Shown: positions 19,261 through 29,088, numbered from the stretch's first letter. The stretch is DNA of 64,000 bases from an uncultured Candidatus Saccharibacteria bacterium (GCA_964610055.1 CAZSUC010000001.1:351994-415993), one strand, 5' to 3'. Program-made: numbers and translations. The notes: generated by a model from the sequence alone, not told the origin.

Positions 19261-19893
19261 TCAAGCAACCACGCTTTCGGCGGACGGCACGCCCCACTTA
19301 GAGTCAACAATACTGCGCCGGCTGTCGAGCCTCGACACTCCGTGGTCCCCCCGATAGAGGTACGGCACACCCCCTGAGTCGTAGTAGCGAGAGCCGGTGA
19401 GATTCAAATCGTGGTGCTCCTCCAGCACCTCCGGAAAAATGATGGCGTGGACTAGGCCGTACCAGACCAGGTAAGAGATCCGGCCTTCAGCCTGGATATT
19501 TCCCATGGAGACGTTGGGCGCGATATTGCGCCGCCAATGCCCGTCTTCCACTCCCAAGAGTAAGTGGGCGCCGGCAGGAGCCAGTTCCAGGTCGATGAGG
19601 CATTCAGGATCGAGGTGGTTCCGACCTTTGATCCCGTTGACCTCCACCAAGGCCATGAGACCATTCAAGTCCAGCACCTCAGGTCGGCGCGGGACAACAA
19701 TGAACAGCTGCGGCATATTCGGCACGACCCTCGCCAGCCGATCCACGTCTGCCTTGCGCAGATCCAGGCCTTTGTCCTGCAAAATGCCTACCTGAAACTC
19801 AAAGAGTTCCTTGGGCGTGGGCAGCGGGATGACCGGCGCTTGCAACGCGCGGTACTGCGCATACGATAAGACAGGACGAGTCACGCTAGACAT
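19261..19893 (-). CDS. hypothetical protein, DUF5701-like; visibly GC-richer than its flanks
   Basis: VEDG..N..P, GR, FPEVL, GSR..VP.L and WG.PS pattern resembles DUF5701 (recognised from memory); SD GAAGGAG. Confidence 0.6.
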   Translation of the reverse strand: MSSVTRPVLSYAQYRALQAPVIPLPTPKELFEFQVGILQDKGLDLRKADVDRLARVVPNMPQLFIVVPRRPEVLDLNGLMALVEVNGIKGRNHLDPECLIDLELAPAGAHLLLGVEDGHWRRNIAPNVSMGNIQAEGRISYLVWYGLVHAIIFPEVLEEHHDLNLTGSRYYDSGGVPYLYRGDHGVSRLDSRRSIVDSKWGVPSAESVVA

Positions 19894-20019
19894 GATCTAC
19901 TCCTTCGAAAAACCAAGTTTGAACCGTGAAAAGAGCCAAGTGCAATATCTTTATATCCCACGCATATCAGATGATTGTCAACATTGCAAATAAAACCAAA
20001 TTATGGCATACAATAACTA

Positions 20020-20137
20020 GTCATCCCAAGACCCAAGGCACCCATAAGTCCTTGGCAGGAAGGCAAAGAGGGGATAGTCAAAACTATCCGGTCGAACCTT
20101 TGCAACCCCATTTCCGCGGATGATCGCGGTTTTTTAT
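20020..20137 (+). promoter_or_regulatory. L10 leader-like RNA
   Basis: AAGAC-CCAAGG...CCTTGG stem, GGATAG/CTATCC hairpin and a terminator-like CCGCG..CGCGG-TTTTTT upstream of rplJ. Confidence 0.6.
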
Positions 20138-20170
20138 TACCGCTTAAAATATCAACAAGTTATTCTCTTT

Positions 20171-20698
20171 ATGGCATTAACTCGCCAACAAAAAGAAGCA
20201 AAAGTAGTTGAAGCGGAAAATCATCTGAAATCTGCTCAAGCCGTGGTTTTCATGGCTTATGATGCCCTCGGAGTTAGCGATAGCGAAGAGCTGCGTGATC
20301 AGCTCTTTACCGCTGGCGTCCGTATGCGGGTTATTCCTAAACGCTTATTGCGTTTAGCGGCTCAAAACCTTAAGCTCGAGTTAAAATGTCCGGACTATGA
20401 TGGACAGATTGCTCTGCTTTGGTCGGATGCTGATGTTGTTGCTCCAGCAAAAACCTTACGTGAATTCGCCAAAAAACATGACAATGTTTCTATGGTCGAA
20501 GGAATCATGGAAGGTCGGGTTTTAACAACGGATGAAGTCCAAGCCTTAGCCCAATTACCAGGTCTGGAAGAATTACGCGCCAAGTTCGTTGGTACTATTG
20601 CCAACCCGATGCGTGGTTTTGTCTCCGTCTTATCTGGTACACAACGTGGATTAGTGTGCGCTTTAAAGGCAATCGCTGATTCCAAACCAACAGCTTAA
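20171..20698 (+). CDS. rplJ: 50S ribosomal protein L10
   Basis: MALTRQQKE..LRDQL..LAQLPGLEELRAKFVG; lies upstream of rplL. Confidence 0.93.
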   Translation: MALTRQQKEAKVVEAENHLKSAQAVVFMAYDALGVSDSEELRDQLFTAGVRMRVIPKRLLRLAAQNLKLELKCPDYDGQIALLWSDADVVAPAKTLREFAKKHDNVSMVEGIMEGRVLTTDEVQALAQLPGLEELRAKFVGTIANPMRGFVSVLSGTQRGLVCALKAIADSKPTA

Positions 20699-20721
20699 TT
20701 ATTTAATCATCTAAATTTCCT

Positions 20722-21132
20722 ATGGCTGAAGATACTGAAAAAACAGTCGAGGTTCCTGCCAAGTTCAAGGATCTCGTTAAACAAATCGAAGACATGTCCG
20801 TTTTGGACTTATCTGAATTAGTCAAAATTTTGGAAGACAAATTTGGAGTTTCTGCGGCTGCTCCAGTCGCTATGATGGCTCCTGCTGCTGGCGGTGACGC
20901 TGCGGCCGCTGTTGAAGAAAAATCAGTCTTCAACATCGAATTAACTTCTGCTGGTGCTCAAAAAATTGCTGTCATCAAAGCTGTCCGTGAAATTACCGGC
21001 TTAGGCTTAAAAGACGCAAAAGACTTAGTTGAAAAAGCTCCTGCCACCGTTAAAGAAAACGTGAAAAAGGAAGAAGCCGAAGAACTCAAAAAGAAGTTAG
21101 AAGAAGCTGGCGCTTCTGTCGAACTCAAATAA
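20722..21132 (+). CDS. rplL: 50S ribosomal protein L7/L12
   Basis: FGVSAAA and [24 protein letters not shown]. Confidence 0.98.
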   Translation: MAEDTEKTVEVPAKFKDLVKQIEDMSVLDLSELVKILEDKFGVSAAAPVAMMAPAAGGDAAAAVEEKSVFNIELTSAGAQKIAVIKAVREITGLGLKDAKDLVEKAPATVKENVKKEEAEELKKKLEEAGASVELK

Positions 21133-21234
21133 TTTCAAATCGCTTTTACGCGGTCCGTTTTCGCCAGCCGTTCAACCGGCTGGCTTTCGGTATTTAGCGT
21201 AAATCCAGTATGATAAGACTAAGACATCCTTCGT

Positions 21235-21615
21235 ATGTACCACCATTATTTCTATTGGCAGTTTGTGGTTGCTCCGCTTTGGTTAATGCGTTTATTCGGT
21301 AATTTGGAACGCGCTTTAATTCGTTTTTTTTCAGTGCCGGTTATGTTGCGCTATCTATTTGCTCCGTGGCATAAAGATACGATCTCATATCGGCAGGGAA
21401 GTATCAGTGGAATTTTAGAAGCTTTTGGTTTGAACATGGTTTCTCGCGGCGTCGGCGCTGTCATTCGCTCATTTGTTTTAGTTGCTTTTTTTGTCAGCCA
21501 ATTAGCCCTTCTTGTTTTTGCTTTTATTACATTTACCAGTTTTCTACTCCTGCCTTTCCTGGCTGTTTTTCTGGTAATCAGTGGCCTCTTATTACTACGT
21601 AACACTTTAGCATGA
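21235..21615 (+). CDS. membrane hypothetical protein coupled to the Clp ATPase
   Basis: FFS..LFAPW motif and hydrophobic C-terminus; the end abuts the start of the next gene. Confidence 0.75.
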   Translation: MYHHYFYWQFVVAPLWLMRLFGNLERALIRFFSVPVMLRYLFAPWHKDTISYRQGSISGILEAFGLNMVSRGVGAVIRSFVLVAFFVSQLALLVFAFITFTSFLLLPFLAVFLVISGLLLLRNTLA

Positions 21616-24065
21616 CCTCTGCTCTCACCAAAACTGATTTACATCGTTCTCAAGCTTACCGCGCTTATGCTGCTTATGATCTACTGTCTTCTGGTGTCTC
21701 CTTAACTATCTGGATTCTTCTAACGTTAATCACGGTAGTTTTATATCTAATTTCTGTCTTGCAAGCCAATCAGCTTATTTTTGGGATGAGCTTAATTTCA
21801 GCCGGCTTTAGTATTTTGGGTTGGTTATTTTACCTTTTTGGCATAACTTATTTGCCCACCAATGCCGCGCTTAAGTCCAAATCAGCGCAAAATTTACTTG
21901 ATTCTTGCAGCTTTGCTTCTTTGCGTCTTTTAGTACCTGTTATTGACCAGTCTAACGCTGTGGCTCAACTTTTATCACGTGTGTTAGATTGCCGCCCTGG
22001 ACGTGCTTTCTTGCGACGCATCCAAACTGATCCAGAAAACTTATCTTCTAGCCTCACTGCCACTGTCTTACCGCATATTACTTTATCCGATTGGCTACAA
22101 GCCGCTCTTCCTTTAACTCACACCTCTCCTGTCGGCGTTATCGAACCAGAGCATTTATTAGCTGCCTTATTGCTTCATCCGCAGGCTCAAGGCTTGATCC
22201 GTGCTTTTGATCTGCAAGAAGACGACATCAATTTTATTTCTTGGTGGTTAGTTTCCGCTCGTTTTTATCGAGCGCAAGCTCGGCGCTGGTGGAATCCTGA
22301 ACGCTTGTTAGCATTTTCTGGTATTGGTTTATCTTGGGCCTCTGGTTTCACCCCGTTAGTTGATCGGTATTCTCGGATTCCTCGCGGAAATCTTTGGGAT
22401 GATTTCTTGGTTGGCCGCACTCAATATGTCGATCAACTCATCACAACTTTAGCTCGCCAACGGCAAAGCAATGTTTTGCTGGTCGGTCAACCAGGTGTTG
22501 GTCGTATCGGTATTGTTCGAGAATTAGCTCGTCGAATTAGTGCTAGCCAAGCCCATCCTGTGCTTAATGGCCAAAAACTAGTTTATCTGCATATCGGTGA
22601 ATTAATTGGCTTAAGTAGTACTGCTTCTAATCAACTTTCTGTTTTTGCCACCGTCCTAAACGAAATGGAGCGAGCCGGAAATATTATTGCTGTCTTCGAC
22701 GGAATTAGCAGTGTCTTAGCGCAGCCAAACGGTAGCTCTTTGGATTTAACCGAAGTTTTATTGCCTTTCTTCTCTTCTCGTACTGTCCGTGTTGTCGTCA
22801 TGCTGTCATATGACGACTATCATTTACGCCTAAAAAACAATCCAGAATTACTCCATCTCTTTGAAACAATTCTCATTCAAGAACCTGGTGTTAACGACAC
22901 TCTCAAAACCCTCGCTTTAGCTACCCCTAGCATTGAAACTGAGACCAGTGTTTATTTACCGTATCAATCTTTACACACCTTAGTTGAAGGCACGGCCGAT
23001 TTAATGCCTGATATTCCGTTTCCGGAACGAGCCTTCGATATCTTAGAAGAAGCCTTAGTTCAGGCTCAGTCTAATCATCAACGTCAAATTCTCGTCACTG
23101 ATATTGATAATTTATTAAGTCGTAAAACTGGTATTCCGTTCGGGCAAATCCGTTCCTCTGAAGCTGAGCGCTTACTAAATCTCGAAGATATTATGCATCA
23201 GCGTCTTATTAATCAGCATCAGGCCGTACAAGCCATTAGTCGCGCCTTAGTCCGAGCTCGCGCCGGTATTCGCAATCCTCATCGTCCGATCGGTACCTTT
23301 TTATTCCTTGGCCCAACCGGAGTCGGAAAAACTGAAACTGCAAAAACTTTAGCGGATGCCTACTTTGGATCAGATGACTATGTTTTACGCTTTGATATGT
23401 CAGAATTTCAAACTGAAGAGGGGATTGCTCAATTAATTGGCAGTCATTCCAATCCAATTGGCCGCCTTACTTCCGCCATTTCCGATCACCCTTTCGCTGT
23501 TTTATTACTCGATGAATTCGAAAAAGCTCATCCCGCAGTTCATCAATTATTTTTACAAGTTTTAGATGAAGGGCATTTAACTGACGCGCGTGGACATACT
23601 GTTTCATTTAAACACGCCATTATTATCGCGACTAGCAATGCTGGCTCGGAAATGATTCGTGAAGAAGTTAAAGACGGTCATGTTCCAACCGATTTCTCTC
23701 GTCGTCTCACAGAGTATATTTTGTCTCAAGCTATTTTCCGTCCCGAACTTCTTAATCGTTTTGATGGCGTGATTACTTTTGTACCGCTAACTCCTGATCA
23801 TATTCGCGCAGTCGCTCGTTTAATGTTGGCTAAATTAAATCATCGTCTTGATGATAGGCACGGAGTCACTTTAGATGTCACTGATGAATTGCTTGATTTT
23901 CTAGTTACTCATGGCTACGATCCTGAATTTGGTGCTCGTCCCATGGATCGTCTCATCCAAAATACTTTAGAATACGCCATCGGTCGCCGCTTATTACAAT
24001 CTGATCTACGTCCTGGCGACACTTTGCATTTTAGCCTGACTGAACTGCAAGCCTTATTAAATTAA
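21612..24065 (+). CDS. membrane-anchored ClpA/B/C-like AAA+ ATPase
   Basis: Two N-terminal TMs; D2 has GPTGVGKT, RFDMSEF, LLDEFEKAH, FRPELLNR and FGARP; D1 is degenerate. Confidence 0.9.
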   Translation: MTSALTKTDLHRSQAYRAYAAYDLLSSGVSLTIWILLTLITVVLYLISVLQANQLIFGMSLISAGFSILGWLFYLFGITYLPTNAALKSKSAQNLLDSCSFASLRLLVPVIDQSNAVAQLLSRVLDCRPGRAFLRRIQTDPENLSSSLTATVLPHITLSDWLQAALPLTHTSPVGVIEPEHLLAALLLHPQAQGLIRAFDLQEDDINFISWWLVSARFYRAQARRWWNPERLLAFSGIGLSWASGFTPLVDRYSRIPRGNLWDDFLVGRTQYVDQLITTLARQRQSNVLLVGQPGVGRIGIVRELARRISASQAHPVLNGQKLVYLHIGELIGLSSTASNQLSVFATVLNEMERAGNIIAVFDGISSVLAQPNGSSLDLTEVLLPFFSSRTVRVVVMLSYDDYHLRLKNNPELLHLFETILIQEPGVNDTLKTLALATPSIETETSVYLPYQSLHTLVEGTADLMPDIPFPERAFDILEEALVQAQSNHQRQILVTDIDNLLSRKTGIPFGQIRSSEAERLLNLEDIMHQRLINQHQAVQAISRALVRARAGIRNPHRPIGTFLFLGPTGVGKTETAKTLADAYFGSDDYVLRFDMSEFQTEEGIAQLIGSHSNPIGRLTSAISDHPFAVLLLDEFEKAHPAVHQLFLQVLDEGHLTDARGHTVSFKHAIIIATSNAGSEMIREEVKDGHVPTDFSRRLTEYILSQAIFRPELLNRFDGVITFVPLTPDHIRAVARLMLAKLNHRLDDRHGVTLDVTDELLDFLVTHGYDPEFGARPMDRLIQNTLEYAIGRRLLQSDLRPGDTLHFSLTELQALLN

Positions 24066-24066
24066 T

Positions 24067-26307
24067 TTATTCTGCCACCGCTTGAATCGGTACCTGCAAT
24101 ACTTGCGTGCCTGACAAAACATAAAGTGAATTTTCATCTGGCGCCAACGCCACATCTCGCACGTTATTCAGACTGTCCAAGAAAATCTGCTGTTTCAGCT
24201 GCCCCTTTTTGGAAAAGATAACTACTCGTTTATTTATGCGGTCAAAAATATACAAATAGTTTGAATCTTCTTGCGTCATGATTTTATCTGCTCCTGCCAA
24301 GCCTGGTGACACTTCGTCTAAAGTAAAATCTAGTGCTTGCCCTTTAAATAGTTCATGTACCGATCCGTCTTCATGCAAAGTGTAGATGCTGCCATCGATC
24401 GTCATGCTTACAATTCCACTGCTTACAAAATTTTGATCCTCAATCCAAGCTACTCCACCGCTGTATCCGCTCAATGTCTTGCTGTAACTAAAAATGTTAT
24501 TTGCCGTTGCATCATAGACGTATAAGCGATTACTATACGCCGCCATTGCTTGAATATTTGGCTCCGAAGACGGGAAGTTAATGCTCTGGGAGCTAAAATT
24601 CCCATCCTTTGTATCCAATGAAGCCATGCCTGGCGCATCAGTTAAATACACGATCGTTTTATCTGCCGATTGAGTAATTGTCTTTTGAATATATCCAATT
24701 CCAGGAGTATTCCGACTTACCACATCCGGTTCACCATTCGTGCTCAAGCGGACAATCGTATTATCTTTAGGACTAAAAGTATAAGCTGCGCCATTAATAA
24801 ACTCTAAGCTAGTTAAAGTCTCGGTCCCTAATATTGACCCAAAATCTCCTATCGTTTTTGTTTCTAAAGACCCGGCATGAGTAATTTTCTGTAATCGATC
24901 CTGAATATCTGTAATCTGCTGTGCTAAGGTCTCAACTTCATTCTCATATGCTCCTAAATTCCTTACTTCTGCCAGGCTTGACTCCGCGTCTACCAGTAAT
25001 TTTGTTGCTTGTTCGCGATTATCATATATCAAGGCCGTTTCTGCTGCGTCGTGTTGGGTTTGAGCTTGGTATAGCAATTCGCTCGCTCGCTGAATTGAAG
25101 CATCTTCAGTTTTTTTATCTTTTAATAAAACAATGCTTGTCCCTAAAGCGATTGCTAATAAAATGGCAACAACACCAAAAATTTTGCTTGTCCGTGGCAG
25201 GGAATATAATCGCGCCAGCCCTAAAAGAATTAGCCGTATTGGCATTGTTATAACCGCTTTCAAACTCTCTAATAAACTCCGCTTTGGTAAGGTCGTTTCC
25301 TGTCTCACTTTTTTCTCTTTATGTCGTATCCTGAGCCATGCCGACTGGAGTTTAGTACCAGAATTACGTGATGCGCTCCCCATGGCGTTGCCGCCACGTC
25401 GTAATAACCGACCCATTAAAGGCGCTGCTTTCGTTAGTATCCAATGCCCACTCACCACGATGCCTCGTACTATTAAAATTAAAACTGTCTTACCAATAGA
25501 TTTTTTAATCTGTAACGGACGTCTTGGCTGCAGTGACGTTTGTACTCCACGCTGGCGTTGTTTATCAGTTACATTTACATTTTGATCCTGACTTACAGTT
25601 ACCGGCACCGAAGCTTTGTGTCGCGGTAAAATTGAAACTACAACTGTGCTTAAAGGAACATTAGCTCCTTGATCTTGGTACAGTTGACGCATCTTATTGC
25701 TAATTTCAGCCGATGACCGTTCTTCCGCAAAACGTAATAAGTCTTGCGGCCGGTAAATATTCATCATTGCCGGCGTGCCTAAATACAACACGTCATAATT
25801 ACTAATTTTCCCGCTCGCAACCTGACCAAAACTACGCAACGGATGCGTAATCACTTCCTCTGCTAAACTATCAGTCGCTTCTACAACCTGTCCGCTCCTT
25901 ACAATATAAATACCAGCTAAACCAGCGGCACTCACATGCACCCATTGTCCTGCCACCGCTGCCACCGCTACATGAAAATGCTGCATCCATTCTCGCCAGC
26001 CTCGCTCAGCCGTATCATGTAACACTAAATTAGCTTGATGTAGTGCCGATTCAAAACCAGACAACATGTTTCTTTTTGGGTCACGATAATACTCTCTTTG
26101 TAACGCTTGCACTACTGTTTCTAATAATTCCGTGCCCGCTCCATCCATATTTTTCGTCTCGCCTACAATATATAAGTGCCCTAAGTCTCGTTCTTCCGGA
26201 GCTGGCTCAAAAATGTACGACTCGCAAATAAATTCATCGCGCCCGCCAACTAATAATTCATTCGCGTCGTTAATATACAATTCATTCGGCTCGCTGCCTG
26301 TTCTCAT
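24067..26307 (-). CDS. bitopic protein: PP2C-like N-domain, TM, coiled coil, beta-propeller
   Basis: ALHQAN..HVAVAAV..VHVSAAG..IYIVRSG (PP2C-like fold, tentative); TM near residue 380; NHL-like C-terminal repeats (LYVYD, LYIFD). Confidence 0.65.
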   Translation of the reverse strand: MRTGSEPNELYINDANELLVGGRDEFICESYIFEPAPEERDLGHLYIVGETKNMDGAGTELLETVVQALQREYYRDPKRNMLSGFESALHQANLVLHDTAERGWREWMQHFHVAVAAVAGQWVHVSAAGLAGIYIVRSGQVVEATDSLAEEVITHPLRSFGQVASGKISNYDVLYLGTPAMMNIYRPQDLLRFAEERSSAEISNKMRQLYQDQGANVPLSTVVVSILPRHKASVPVTVSQDQNVNVTDKQRQRGVQTSLQPRRPLQIKKSIGKTVLILIVRGIVVSGHWILTKAAPLMGRLLRRGGNAMGSASRNSGTKLQSAWLRIRHKEKKVRQETTLPKRSLLESLKAVITMPIRLILLGLARLYSLPRTSKIFGVVAILLAIALGTSIVLLKDKKTEDASIQRASELLYQAQTQHDAAETALIYDNREQATKLLVDAESSLAEVRNLGAYENEVETLAQQITDIQDRLQKITHAGSLETKTIGDFGSILGTETLTSLEFINGAAYTFSPKDNTIVRLSTNGEPDVVSRNTPGIGYIQKTITQSADKTIVYLTDAPGMASLDTKDGNFSSQSINFPSSEPNIQAMAAYSNRLYVYDATANNIFSYSKTLSGYSGGVAWIEDQNFVSSGIVSMTIDGSIYTLHEDGSVHELFKGQALDFTLDEVSPGLAGADKIMTQEDSNYLYIFDRINKRVVIFSKKGQLKQQIFLDSLNNVRDVALAPDENSLYVLSGTQVLQVPIQAVAE

Positions 26308-26435
26308 GCCCACCAGTATACCATGGCCTTCTCGCTGTTTTTACACCTTAATTTCTTCAGAAAATCAACTTGCTTCTCAGGGCTGGTTCTGCAATACTCG
26401 ACCTTGAACATATTTAGTGTTTATTTGCCTCATTC

Positions 26436-27071
26436 ATGGAAACCACCAACTTCCCGTTAGAAAAGATTTTCGGCTCTAGAACCCGCGTCAAGGTCATTAC
26501 TTTGTTTACTACTGGTGTTAAACGCCCTTATTATGTCCGTGAGATTGCCCGTAACGTCAATGAACGCCTCAATGCTGTTCGTCGTGAACTAGAAATTCTC
26601 AAAAAAATTGGCATGCTTACTACGCATGAAAATAAACGGCGCAAGTATTACGTTATCAATACAGAATTTCCCTTAGTTGAAGAACTGACCAGTATTATGC
26701 AAAAAGCTGGCCCTGGCATTCAAGATTCATTGTTCAAAAATCTTGAGCGCCTTGGTCATATTCAGTATATGTGTGTCTCTGGATTCTTTACTGGCGCGGA
26801 AGAGTCTCCCACTGATATTTTGATTATTGGCAACGCTAACGAAGAGCGCCTGGCTAATTTTGTTGGTCGGATTGAGACTCAGTTAAATCGAGAAGTCACA
26901 TATACGCCTATGACCGAAAACGAATATAAATATCGTTTGAATTTTAATGACCTTTTCCTACGTTCCATTTTCTCTTGCCCTTACAAAGAACTTATTAATA
27001 AACTTGACGAACGGCTCGATCCGGCCAAAATATCAATCAAGGAGAAAGCCGAAGTTTACCGGGGTGCATAG
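26436..27071 (+). CDS. winged-helix protein with nucleotidyltransferase-like C-domain
   Basis: IFGSRTRVK..YVREIAR..NAVRREL HTH; SG.F...TDILIIG. Confidence 0.75.
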   Translation: METTNFPLEKIFGSRTRVKVITLFTTGVKRPYYVREIARNVNERLNAVRRELEILKKIGMLTTHENKRRKYYVINTEFPLVEELTSIMQKAGPGIQDSLFKNLERLGHIQYMCVSGFFTGAEESPTDILIIGNANEERLANFVGRIETQLNREVTYTPMTENEYKYRLNFNDLFLRSIFSCPYKELINKLDERLDPAKISIKEKAEVYRGA

Positions 27072-27136
27072 CTCAGTGGTAGAGCGCTTCGTTCACATCG
27101 AAGAGGCCGTAGGTTCGATACCTACTGTACCCACCA
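27062..27136 (+). tRNA. tRNA-Val(CAC)
   Basis: GGGTGCA/TGTACCC acceptor stem, CTTCG-TTCACAT-CGAAG anticodon arm, encoded CCA. Confidence 0.95.
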
Positions 27137-27164
27137 TTTCAACGGTACGTGTTATGCTTCATAT

Positions 27165-27761
27165 ATGAAAAGCTCTTCCGTTTTTACTTGGTCGCGCATT
27201 GGATTTATTGGTTATTTTCTTTTTACTGCCTGGACTTTGTATTTTCATCCGTATACTTCTTCTGCATTAGCCGGGGAGTGGGTTCTGTATTTACTCTTGA
27301 TTTACATTTTATCCGAACGTATCTATTTTCTTTTTTTGCCCCGCCGAATTGATCTTTCTTTTGCCTTTCCAATCCTGCTGGCTATTTATACGCTTAATCT
27401 CTCGACGCTTTTATTAGGCGGCCAAGTAGAACACTACCTTTTAAATCGTGCTGAACACTTCGCTAGTTTCGTCCTGCTTACGTATGTTATTTGGGTGAGC
27501 TTTACTCAATATTTCGCCAAAGAACTTTGGAAGCATCATCCTTATTACACGGCCGTCACCGTACTTGCTTTTGCTTCTTTACTTGGTGTCATCAATGAGC
27601 TTATCGAGCTATTACTTGATAGTTTGCTTGGTACACACTTAATTGGGCCTAACCTTGATACCTCACTCGATCTCTTTATGAACACACTTGGCTCTATCCT
27701 ACTCATCGGCACCAATCTCATCCTCAAAGCCGGGGATGATCATACTCAGTCCAGTACTTAA
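27165..27761 (+). CDS. polytopic membrane protein (DUF2238/VanZ-like)
   Basis: Several TMs; EHFAS, NELIE and DTSLDL.MNTLG. Confidence 0.65.
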   Translation: MKSSSVFTWSRIGFIGYFLFTAWTLYFHPYTSSALAGEWVLYLLLIYILSERIYFLFLPRRIDLSFAFPILLAIYTLNLSTLLLGGQVEHYLLNRAEHFASFVLLTYVIWVSFTQYFAKELWKHHPYYTAVTVLAFASLLGVINELIELLLDSLLGTHLIGPNLDTSLDLFMNTLGSILLIGTNLILKAGDDHTQSST

Positions 27762-27765
27762 CCTC

Positions 27766-28362
27766 ATGCGGCGGTTTTTCATTCCGCTCATTATCGCAGT
27801 CTTCTTAGGTGGAATTTTTATCGGTTTTAAATATCAATCAGACATTGCCGTTCTCTTGCCTATTTCTCATCCCAAACCACCTTCACCCCATTCAGATTTA
27901 ACAACTGTTCCAGCGCCTTTTTCCTTAGACAATACGCCCCATCTTTATTTACCGCGCTCATCTCAATCACTACCGCTCATCTTTAGTAACACTTTTGACG
28001 ACCAGTATATTCAAACTCAGTTACAACACGGGGCTGTCGTTTTACCTTTTGGTCCTAATTTTGGTGAGCAAGGCAACATAGTCATTACCGCACATAGCAC
28101 TGGCCCAGCCGCCTTCGGGCCGTACCGCTTTGCTTTTTCTGAGTTAGCTAACTTACAAACTGGCGATCATGTTCTTATTAAAACCATCGCCGCTGATTAC
28201 ACGTATCAGGTTTTTAGCCAACAAATCATTTGGCCGCATGAGCTCGACCAGCTTCCTCGTGATGATCGTCCTACACTTACTTTAGTTACTTGTTGGCCTC
28301 TTTGGACTGATTTTAAACGTTTGCTCGTTAACGCTATTTTGACCAAAATCGAATACCACTAG
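27766..28362 (+). CDS. sortase family protein
   Basis: N-terminal TM; GNIVITAHS, TLTLVTCWP and KR. The start is uncertain. Confidence 0.88.
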   Translation: MRRFFIPLIIAVFLGGIFIGFKYQSDIAVLLPISHPKPPSPHSDLTTVPAPFSLDNTPHLYLPRSSQSLPLIFSNTFDDQYIQTQLQHGAVVLPFGPNFGEQGNIVITAHSTGPAAFGPYRFAFSELANLQTGDHVLIKTIAADYTYQVFSQQIIWPHELDQLPRDDRPTLTLVTCWPLWTDFKRLLVNAILTKIEYH

Positions 28363-28413
28363 CATCTTCTCGTTCCTTAATGTGCATAAATCGTCCTCAT
28401 AACCTATTGCTTG

Positions 28414-28470
28414 GTGGGGGAGTAAGTAGTACTGTGTAGATACGTGGAAAAAAGTGGGGAGAAGTGGGGG
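28414..28470 (+). promoter_or_regulatory. MraZ-binding direct repeats
   Basis: GTG(G) units at 28414, 28434, 28444, 28454 and 28464, in exact 10-bp phase upstream of mraZ. Confidence 0.75.
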
Positions 28471-28652
28471 TCTCCTGTGGAAAATACACTCTAACCACAT
28501 GAATCGCCCTTTATACTAATGCTGCTTCACATGAGGCTCTGTCAGACCAGATAAGTTAACTTGCCTGGCCTGACAGGGGGAAAAGGGGACAGCTCTTTTC
28601 AAAGTAAAGGTATAAAGCGGTTCGCGAATTTTAGCAGTAGGATTGCGAACTT

Positions 28653-29084
28653 ATGTTTCTTGGGGAGCATACTCATTCAATCGACGCCAAGGGACGGTTA
28701 CAAATTCCGTCTAAATATAGAGATCAGCTCGAGAATGGCGTTGTTGTGACTCGCGGACTTGATCACTGTCTCGTGATTTATCCTCGGACAGAATGGGAAA
28801 CAATTGCTCCTAAACTCGCCGCCTTGCCTATTAATCGCAAACAAAATCGTGCCTTTGCGCGTTTAATGTTAGCTGGGGCTTGGGACGTAAGTTTAGATTC
28901 GCAAGGACGCATCATGATTCCAGAATATTTGCGCACTTATGCCGGTCTGTCTAAGCATACAGTTGTTGCCGGACTATATAACCGCATTGAGGTTTGGAAT
29001 GAAGACACTTGGCATGAGTACCGCACTGATACCGAAGCTGAAAGCGATAGTATTGCCGAAAGCATGGCTGAATTAGGCGCTTAA
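28653..29084 (+). CDS. mraZ: transcriptional regulator MraZ
   Basis: MFLGEHTHSIDAKGR and DSQGRIMIP (two DxxGR motifs). Confidence 0.97.
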   Translation: MFLGEHTHSIDAKGRLQIPSKYRDQLENGVVVTRGLDHCLVIYPRTEWETIAPKLAALPINRKQNRAFARLMLAGAWDVSLDSQGRIMIPEYLRTYAGLSKHTVVAGLYNRIEVWNEDTWHEYRTDTEAESDSIAESMAELGA

Positions 29085-29088
29085 AGAT

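Noticed and set aside
28414-28470. Short periodic repeats as a possible CRISPR or iteron array
   Set aside because: The 10-bp-phased GTGG units upstream of mraZ match known MraZ operators, and there are no spacers or cas genes.
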